DNA of 64,000 bases. It comes from Octopus vulgaris. Taxonomy: Eukaryota. Below the pieces are notes generated by a model. That model did no database searches, was not told where the DNA came from, and saw nothing but the letters and a program-made list of their open reading frames with translations. The translations under genes were made by a program, and so were the position numbers. The stretch spans positions 2,542,001-2,606,000 of the forward strand of contig OX597837.1 in NCBI GenBank assembly GCA_951406725.2. The letters run 5' to 3'. Within the stretch, counting starts at the first letter, position 1. The number at the start of each line of letters is the position of its first letter. Positions 54,770 to 64,000 of this stretch are shown piece after piece.

Positions 54770-55293
54770 TTATTGGTAGTACCGAAAGAATTTGTGTAAC
54801 GGTCCTGTGTGAAAGGTTTTTATACAGCTGATTACTTATCTGACCAAGCTCCCATTAATATTTGTTTTTTAAAGTATTATTTGAAGAGAAAGGTGAGGAT
54901 AGAGCGGGATTTGCTGCCATCTGGTGAGTTTATCGAAAAGTGGTTTAAGCGTGGCAAAATTGGGGAGGCTGAATGGGCCTGTCCTGGAAATGAATTTCTA
55001 TGTAGGATAAAAGAAACTGGAATAGGGCATTTCCGATGCATTGGACACGACATCCGCGACTTTCTTTGTGGGATTTTCCCCCGAATTACCCGAAGTGGAC
55101 TACCCCGCTATTGGGGATTCTATTTATTTATTCATTTTCCTGAATTCAATTTTTATATCTTTTTGTCATATCCTTATTGATGCTTTTTTCTTTTTTTTTT
55201 TCATCGATGTAAACCCCACATTTTTGCGTGTTGTATTCCGTCCTTTGATATTGTCCTCAACATCTTGGGCTCTTGTGGCCAATAAAAGAAATA
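54770..55293 (+). mobile_element. 3' end of a Tx1/L1-like LINE (ORF2 C-terminus and 3' UTR)
   Basis: KGFYTADYLSDQAPIN..FLKYYLKRKVRIERDLLPSGEFIEKW, then a T-rich UTR ending ggctcttgtggccaataaaagaaa. Clade assigned from memory. Confidence 0.65.
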
Positions 55294-55370
55294 ATTAGCA
55301 TTGTTATCTATTATTATTTTTATTATGATTACTACTACTTCTGTTATTATTATTATTACTATTCTTCTTC

Positions 55371-55441
<71 letters not shown>

Positions 55442-55451
55442 GTTATTGTTA

Positions 55452-55495
<44 letters not shown>

Positions 55496-55638
55496 GACCT
55501 TTTTTCTTTATCTCTCTTCTTTTATTCCATGCAAAGCCCAATTCTGTTGTATTCTATTCTTTGCATTGTTCCAACCGCTTTGTAGCCCTTGTGGCTAATA
55601 AAGATATCATTATATTATCATTATTATTATTATTATTA

Positions 55639-55700
<62 letters not shown>

Positions 55701-55849
55701 ATTATTATTATTATCGCTTTTGCAATTTGTCCTTGTAATTTCCCCCTTTATCCATCGCCCTATGTTACATAAAAGAATTGTTACTATTGTTATGTTTATT
55801 TTATTATTTTTTTTTATTATGATTATTATTATTATCATTATCATCATTA

Positions 55850-55896
<47 letters not shown>

Positions 55897-56124
55897 GATA
55901 TTTATGATGTAGATGGTGTTGTTGTTGTTCTTACTGTTCTTCTTCTTCGTTTTCTTTCTCACCAAACACCATCAAAAACCAACAGAATTTATTCCCCTTG
56001 CAGCACAAACTAAACAACCACTTCAAAAAACGAAATCGTTTCATCGCAGTCTTTTGTTCACATTCTCTAACCATCTCTCCCACCCTCTGTTTGTCTCTCT
56101 CTCTCTCGCTCTCTCTCTCTCACT

Positions 56125-56161
<37 letters not shown>

Positions 56162-56271
56162 ACTCAAGCACTGTCTTTCTATCTTTCTCTTTCATACTTT
56201 CTTAGTTTCTCACTCTCTCAAACGCGCAATCTCACTGTTTTTTTTCTCGCACATACAGTCCTTGTCTCATA

Positions 56272-56329
<58 letters not shown>

Positions 56330-57019
56330 CACACGCAAGCATAATCTGTCCCTCTCTCTCTCTCTCTCTCCCTGTCTGTGTTTGTTTCTCTTGAAATAGA
56401 TAAACGTGCATGCACACACATACAGACACACACACACATATATATGCATATATATGTGCATATATATATATACTCGCCCACACACACACACATACATGCG
56501 CAATCACATGCATACACACACATATAATATCTGATATATATACTGTATTTCTCCAAAAATATATACACACATTGAATGATTATAAACCTAATATTTATTA
56601 AAATACTTTTCATTTTCACAATTATAAAGAATCTACAATCAGAATTTTAATATTTTATTAATACTAGTTTTTAAACTGATGACCATTCTGGCCCAGACAC
56701 CCTTGATAATGCGAAACAATGGAATCGCAAACACCAAGAAACATTTCGTTCGATATTTGTGCGTATTATTGTTCAATGGATGCCCTCAATTAATTTGTAG
56801 ACTGTTGCTAGCTTTGTACCGTAAGCCTTTTTTTTTTTAAGAATACCCATTAAAAAAAGTCTAGTGAAGTTGAAGTGAGGTTCGATGAACGCAGAGGATA
56901 TTGTACTGAACTTTGTCTAGTCACCTGTTCGGCAAAAAGAAAAACATAAGGGAGATAACTGATAATTCGATGTGAAGCAGACGTAAACCAGATGTTCTGT
57001 GATCTACTTTTAAATTCCG

Positions 57020-57580
57020 ACAAGATGTATATTTTGAAATGTAGACAGAGAAAAAGTCTCATTCCTCGAATTAATGTGTTCGTTGGAGATTCTTATATAT
57101 TTTAATAGATACAGTTTTTTCAAGCGAACATTCTGAACATTTTCGAGACTCAATATAGGGGCTGGATTTAGGGGGGAGTTTCCATTTGATATCGAAATTG
57201 GTCCCTTCGTCTTTAAGTTTCCAGATTAAAGCCGAAAGGGTTGTTAGAGGCATCTTATCACGGAACCTAAAATTCGAAAGATGGTTGTTACATCAACATT
57301 TAAATTTTCCTTCCACGGTTCCGATATAACGTTTGATATTTGTAAGGCCATTGTCGGAGTTTGCTGAAACTTGTGCTTCATAAACAACAGAAGAGATGTT
57401 CACACTCCTATCCGAGAGGATACTTCGATTTGTCTCTACATGTGCATCCGGGGCAGGCTTCAGTCGTCTGTTGCTTATTGATATACAACTTAACATTAGG
57501 AGGACAAGAAAAGGTAACTTTTATTGTGTGTCTGTTAAAGAATTTATTGTATCTATGGGTTCTAGGGAAGTGGATATACG
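57020..57580 (-). mobile_element. Penelope-like element remnant: C-terminal GIY-YIG endonuclease (frameshifted)
   Basis: HFPRTHRYNKFFNRHTIKVTFSCPPNVK...CTCRDKSKYPLG / SSVVYEAQVS...KRYIGTVEGKFK..YNNHLSNFR / TTLSALIWKLKDEGTNFDIKWK...PY..SRKC..C.LEK...NSRNE. Confidence 0.9.
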
Positions 57581-57639
57581 CAGATGTATATTTGTGTATG
57601 TGTATGTTTATATTAATATGCAAGGTGTTTACGGTAGCC

Positions 57640-57947
57640 TGGCTCTCCGTCGGTTATTACAGTGAGTGTTCCAGTTGATCTCATGAACGGAACAACTTGC
57701 TCAAGGAATTAACGTACAAGTGGCTGATTACTTCACAGACACGCTTACCCTTAACGTTGTTCTCGGGAAGGTTCAGTGTGCCGCAGACTGTGAACAGGCT
57801 GGCCCTTTGAATTACTGGCACAATTCATTTTTGCCAGCTGAGTGAACTAGAAGAACAAGAAATAAAGTGTCTTGCTCGTAAGGAATCGAACTCACGACCT
57901 TAAAATAATGAACCGAATACCCTAACCACTAAGCCATGCCCCTTCAC
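57640..57947 (-). mobile_element. SINE family D, copy 1
   Basis: Minus-strand tRNA-like head tggcttagtggttagggtattcgg...gagttcgattcc followed by gagcaagacactttatttc; a second copy lies at about 59.1-59.4 kb. Confidence 0.88.
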
Positions 57948-58339
57948 TGTTTATGGTGTTTATGGTATCTCTGTCCTAAATATATAATTTCATAAATATA
58001 TTGGTCAGTGGTATACCATATCCCCTGTTGAAGTTATAAAAATTATTTCTTTAATAATTTCAGCGCCAAAGCCTTAATAAAATGGTAAAATCGTTCAGTT
58101 CCATAAAAGTCTTTTTAGACCTTTAATGTTGTATTGTATTATTCGAATGTTTTAGTATGTTTCCCATATTTATTTCTGCGTATTGAAGCCCCCTGTCTAC
58201 CAGATAGCCTGGACCTCTGGAAAAGCAGCACCAAAATAATAGCAATCAGGAATGATAATCTCAAATGATAATAGGACAAAGAAAAACAAGAAAGAATTCT
58301 CTAATTATAGATGAATATCCCTATTTGGTCACCTGGCCA

Positions 58340-59080
58340 TATATGGACGTTGTCCAAACTAGCCCAGACTAATGAGCAGTACGGCGTTCAACCCGGTCGC
58401 AGTGTGGCCAGCCAAGTATTCACACTACATCAGGTTTTCGAGATATCGCGTAAGTATTCTCATGAGATGTAAACTTGCTTTGTCATGTGCCTCGAAAAAA
58501 TGTATGATGGCCGCGTACCATGTCACATGTTGCGAGGGGGTAGGGGCAAGAGTTTGGAATCGATAGAACGTTTCTTCTCGACTTGAAGTCCCTGTACGAA
58601 TGCCATGATGTTTGTGTCCGGACAGTGCTGCAGTGAATAGAAATTTTTCAACGTAGATGTTAGATTCCGTCCAGGGTGCGTACTGCCATCTCTCCTTTTC
58701 ATAATCTTTATGAAGCTGATCCACATGCGCAGTCGTTCGGGAAAGGGCATCTACATCTACAGGTGTAAGGTATCATTTGCGGATACTTATCAATAACTTA
58801 TCAATAATTAAATAGATATAAGTGATGTCAGGACTGTGACATTGGTTCTTTCAAGAATATCTTTCCAGTGGGTTTTGCATACTGGTAGAACTACAATGAA
58901 GCAGGTGGAGACGATCAAGAGTCTTGGAACCATTTTTACGACTGTTGGAAGGCGCGAAACCAAATTGGATGCAAGAATTACTGGAGTTGATGCCATAATG
59001 TCCCACTTTAAGTGGCCAGAAGTATGCAAAAGAATGTTAATTTGTTTCTCTTCAATAAGATTTGTGATCACTTTTATCTT
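58340..59080 (+). mobile_element. Degraded RTE-clade LINE reverse transcriptase
   Basis: EQYGVQPGRSVASQVFTLHQVFE...TCFV..LEKMYD.RVP...LKSLYECHDVCVR...FNVDVRFRPGCVLPSLLFIIFM...MKQVETIKSLGTIFTTVGRRETKLDARI. Confidence 0.9.
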
Positions 59081-59097
59081 GGGGCAGGAATCTTTAC

Positions 59098-59385
59098 TGA
59101 CGTTCTGTCGGTTACTACGACGAGTGTTTCAGTTGATCCAAACAATGGAACAGTCTACTCGTAATATAACGTGCAAGTGGCTGAGTACTCCACAGACACA
59201 CATACCTCCTAACTTAGTTCTCAGGGAGATTCGGCGTGACACAGAATGTAACCAGGCTGGCCCCTTCAATTACCGATACAACTTAATTTTGCCAGCTGTG
59301 TGAACTGGAGCAATGTGAAATAAAGTGTCTTGCTGAAGGACACAACGCGTCACCAAGAACCGAACTCACGCCCTTACGATCCTTA
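59098..59385 (-). mobile_element. SINE family D, copy 2
   Basis: Colinear with 57640-57947. Confidence 0.88.
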
Positions 59386-60094
59386 ACCCTGCTTTCATAA
59401 AGGTCGGTGAGGGGACAGCATTATTTAACTGGAAGTAGGTTAGTTATCTCATAAACCGCATTCGTTTTCTATGAGATTTTATGAATTTCATCGCAACCAA
59501 AGAACTTTTTTTGACACTTTCTAATGGCGTCCATGGCAGAGACACGAAACTTCCCTGTTACCAACCCATGTGACAATTTATCACATGACCAGCTCACATA
59601 TATTATATTCATCTTTAATTTATCCAGTATTTTTTTTTTTGCTTTGTTTTTCCAAGCATCTTTTTCTTCAGTCATTAAAATAAAATTTGAAGATGCTGCA
59701 ATTTTAGCACGCCATTATTGTCATTTTTCCTTGATATTATTCTTCTTATTGTTATGTTACTAAAATTGTTGTTGCTTTTATTGTTAAATGTGTTGTTGTT
59801 GTTGTTGTTGTTGTTGTTGTAACTGCTCTAGTTATTGTGCTAAATAACGATATTACGACATTTGCTTTCACTGATAAGGCACGATAATGTTGTAGTTGTT
59901 ATTGTTGTAGTTGCTCCCCTGATCGTTAATGTTGTTGTTGTTGCTGTTGCACACAAGGCTATTGAACATCGTCCGAATAACTATATTATTTCGTATTGTT
60001 TATTTTGTTTGTTTTTGTTGTAACTTGTTTTCAAATTTTAAAGTAGATTATTATGTCCTGAGGTCATCTTTCTCTTCTGTTCACACTTAACCAC

Positions 60095-60146
60095 ACATGC
60101 AATACGCATGCGCACATGAATACCTGCATATCCATACACACACACA

Positions 60147-60219
<73 letters not shown>

Positions 60220-60324
60220 AAGCATACATACGAACGTACGAACATGCATACACATATCCATACACACCTCTTTATTCACAGGTATAAACTCAAGCATATA
60301 TAAATATGTATGCGTATGTGTGAT

Positions 60325-60384
<60 letters not shown>

Positions 60385-60468
60385 CGCATACGTACAACTA
60401 CACATACATACGTAATTACATGCATATATATACACATACGTGTATATACGTAGATATATATATATATT

Positions 60469-60499
<31 letters not shown>

Positions 60500-61088
60500 A
60501 TGTATATATGTATGTATATACATAGATATATAAACATACAGGTTTAATAATGCGTATAAGCATCAGTCAGCTTCATTGCATCTGTACCCTATGTGCATGT
60601 CAGTCTGCAGGTGTGTGTGTGTGTGTGTATAAATGTTTATATACATCCGCCATGTTCCCAATAATCCCCATGGTTCTTTCAATTAACTAAACACTTCTGC
60701 GTTATTGGTGGTGTTTATATATCTTCTTATTGTCTCCCTTTCTGCGTATATATACATATCTACAAACACATATGTATGCATGTATACATATTTATATACA
60801 TATATGTATATATATATATGTATATACACACATATATATATATATATATACATGTATATACTTATACACACATAACATATACATATATAAATATATATAT
60901 ATATATATATTTATATATAAATATATATATATATAATGTATGTATATGTATATATATATATACGTATATGTATATATATAAGTACATCTAAGTATGTGCA
61001 TTCATACATACGTATGGATAAGACTGCGTATATCTTCGGATTTGTGTACACATCTGTGCGTGTGTATGTTTGTGTATACATATATGTA

Positions 61089-61164
<76 letters not shown>

Positions 61165-61202
61165 TGTATGTATGTATGTGTGTATGCATGTATGTGTGTA
61201 TG

Positions 61203-61252
<50 letters not shown>

Positions 61253-61392
61253 TACACACATGCTCGTACACATACACAGGTGCATTTGTATTCATACATA
61301 TACCTATATGTGTATAACTATCAAAGTTAACGTGTTCGCACATATATGTGTGTGTGTGCGTGCGTGTGTGTGTGCTGGTGTGTGAATGCATG

Positions 61393-61445
<53 letters not shown>

Positions 61446-61685
61446 ATACGTTCGTTTGCATTATCACATATGTATGTGTCACCTCTACGACAGTTCTTAG
61501 AAATCCTTGAGATTTCCAGTGGAATTTCTTTGTATTACAAGACACCAACGGCACAAAAATAAGGCCACGTGAAAATTCATATACATGCATGTGTACATGT
61601 GTGTCTTTATGTATGTATATATATACACACACATAGAGAAATATATAGATAGAGAGGGAGAGAGAGAGAGATAAATTGATCGATC

Positions 61686-61743
<58 letters not shown>

Positions 61744-61744
61744 C

Positions 61745-61825
<81 letters not shown>

Positions 61826-61961
61826 TATGCATACATGCATACATATATATGCATTTGCACACACACTCACACACACACAGACACACACACACATATATAT
61901 ACAGGTATATAGCTAGATATGCCTAAAATATATACAAATGTATATATGGATATAAATGTAT

Positions 61962-62001
<40 letters not shown>

Positions 62002-62005
62002 GCAT

Positions 62006-62057
<52 letters not shown>

Positions 62058-62205
62058 ACTATGAATGTGTGTGTGTCTGTGTGATGTTTGGACCATATGA
62101 ATGCATTACTATATAAAAATACTTTTAAATACAGGTAGAGAGATAAACAGAAAGTCATACATACATACATACGAACGTACGTACATACATACGAACGTAC
62201 GTACC
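60095..62205. repeat. Microsatellite and low-complexity block (TA, CA, TATG, GATA)
   Basis: Directly visible. Confidence 0.93.
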
Positions 62206-62629
62206 TGCTCTCGCAGATAGACTGGATTGCTTACAGTTCTTGTGGGGGCGGCAGCTACGTTATGTTCCTATTGTTTTCTGTCCTTTTTTATTGTTTTAAT
62301 TTCTTTATTTTTCTTAAATAATGCAAAAAAATACTAAGTTGCTTCACCATTTCCCTTCATTGAAATACTTGTTTAAGGAGTAACAACAACAACAACAATA
62401 CTAACAAGAGGAACTGCAGTTACTCTGAAGACAACAGCAAGAGCAGCAGCAGCAGCAGCAGTGATAACAACAACAACAACCACTGTAATAACAACAGATT
62501 AGTTTATACTGATCATGAATCAGTGAAAAAAACAATACATGCGCGTGCGCATCACGTCCCTATTAACAATAGCAGCAGCAGCAGCAGCAATAACAGCGTT
62601 ACTCTTTGTGCACTCTATATTTTAATCAA

Positions 62630-62820
62630 CAGGTAAGCTGCTTGCTTCCCAACCACACGATTCCAGGTTCAGTCCCACTGCGTGGCACCTTGGGCAAGTG
62701 TTTTTTACTATAGCCGCGATGGCCTTGGGAATGGATTTCGTAGACGGAAACTGAAAAGAAGCCCGTCGTATATGTGTTTGTGTGTATGTGTTAATAGATA
62801 GATAAATAGACAGACAGACT

Positions 62821-62919
<99 letters not shown>

Positions 62920-63168
62920 GTACGGGTGTGTGTGTGTGTCTGTGTTTGTCCCCCCCCATTAACTCTCAACAACCGGTGTTAATGTGTTTACGTCCCCTTA
63001 ACTGTTTCTGTAAAAGAGACCGAGAGAATAAGTACCAGGCTTTAAAAAGAAATAAATAAATAAAAGTAGTTGAGTCGATTCATTCGATTAAAATTCTTCG
63101 AGGCGTTGCACCAGCATGGCCACAATCTAATGACTGAAACAAGTAAAAGTAAAGAAAAAAAGATAAAA
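62630..63168 (+). mobile_element. SINE family A with internal GACA/GATA array
   Basis: ggttcagtcccactgcgtggcaccttgggcaagtg...ccagcatggccacaatctaatgactgaaacaagtaaaag. Confidence 0.9.
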
Positions 63169-63206
63169 CGCATCATCATCAAGAACGGCAAAGGTGATGC
63201 CTCTAC

Positions 63207-63242
<36 letters not shown>

Positions 63243-63466
63243 TCAGCAACAACAGCAGGAGCAACAACAACAACAACAGCAACAACAACCGTAAGATCGC
63301 TAATAAATGGAGTTTCTCTGAAACGCCGCAAGGTTTGTTGCTGGTCTAATTGTTCTTTACGTACACCTAAGTTGTTGTTGTTGTTGTTACAGAGGGAGAG
63401 TCAGTAATACTTGTTATACTACTGTTTATAGTAGTAGTAGTAGTAGTAGTGGTAGTGGTGGTGGTG

Positions 63467-63498
<32 letters not shown>

Positions 63499-63906
63499 GG
63501 TAGTAGTGGTGGTAGTGGTGGTGGTGGTGGTGGTAGTATTAGTGGTAGTGGTGGTGGTGGTGGTGGTGGTGGTGGTAGTAGTAGTAGTAGTGGTGGTGGT
63601 GGTGGTGGTGGTGGTAGTAGTAGTAGTAGTAATTTATTTATTTATTTTATTATCTGAATCTTTGGCTGGTTTGAGGCAAATTTCGAATTTAACGGGTTTT
63701 TCTTTTTTTTTTTTATCTTGTAAAAAAAAAAGAAAAAAAACGTTTTTTGTGCTCGTCGTTTTTCTTCTTTTTTTTTATAATTCGCACCCATTATGGCAAA
63801 TAAAGAAAATTATCAGCATTATCATCACCAGCATCAACATCATCAGCTTCATCATCATCCTCATCATCATCATCGCCAGTACCACCCCCTTCATCATCAT
63901 CTTGCA

Positions 63907-63940
<34 letters not shown>

Positions 63941-64000
63941 GATATCATCATCACAGTCCTTTGTCTTAGAATCGCCGCAAATGTTTTTCACAGCCCTTGT

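Noticed and set aside
56676-56730. CTGATGA...GAAAC near the Penelope remnant
   Set aside because: Stem II opens with a C-C mismatch, and no NUH or stem I can be formed; at most a decayed hammerhead.
58425-58760. Minus-strand VDALSR motif suggesting a Gypsy pol
   Set aside because: The plus strand gives a much more extensive RTE reverse-transcriptase match.

Overview
AT-rich animal genomic DNA with no recognisable intact protein-coding gene. Almost all ORFs in the supplied track are translated microsatellites. The SINE families and the extreme density of simple repeats point to an octopus (coleoid cephalopod) intergenic or intronic region; this is recognition from memory, not a database result. 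The window is a mosaic of simple repeats, at least four tRNA-derived SINE families, and decayed Tc1/mariner, RTE, CR1-like, Tx1-like, R4/Dong-like and Penelope-like (GIY-YIG) element fragments. The most notable signal is a set of minimal hammerhead ribozyme (HHR) motifs in short segments embedded in TA microsatellites. Two have canonical cores (13086-13147 and 13981-14036, minus strand), and the first lies inside a 529-bp unit with terminal direct repeats, resembling a retrozyme. Two copies carry a compensatory U3-A8 core (about 4.95 kb and 21.04 kb), and several others have deviant cores. They are associated with long foldbacks, including a near-perfect 280-bp palindrome, that share the motif CTAGAAATAACAGYCAAA. 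Ribozyme activity, element clades and regulatory motifs are inferred by eye and untested.
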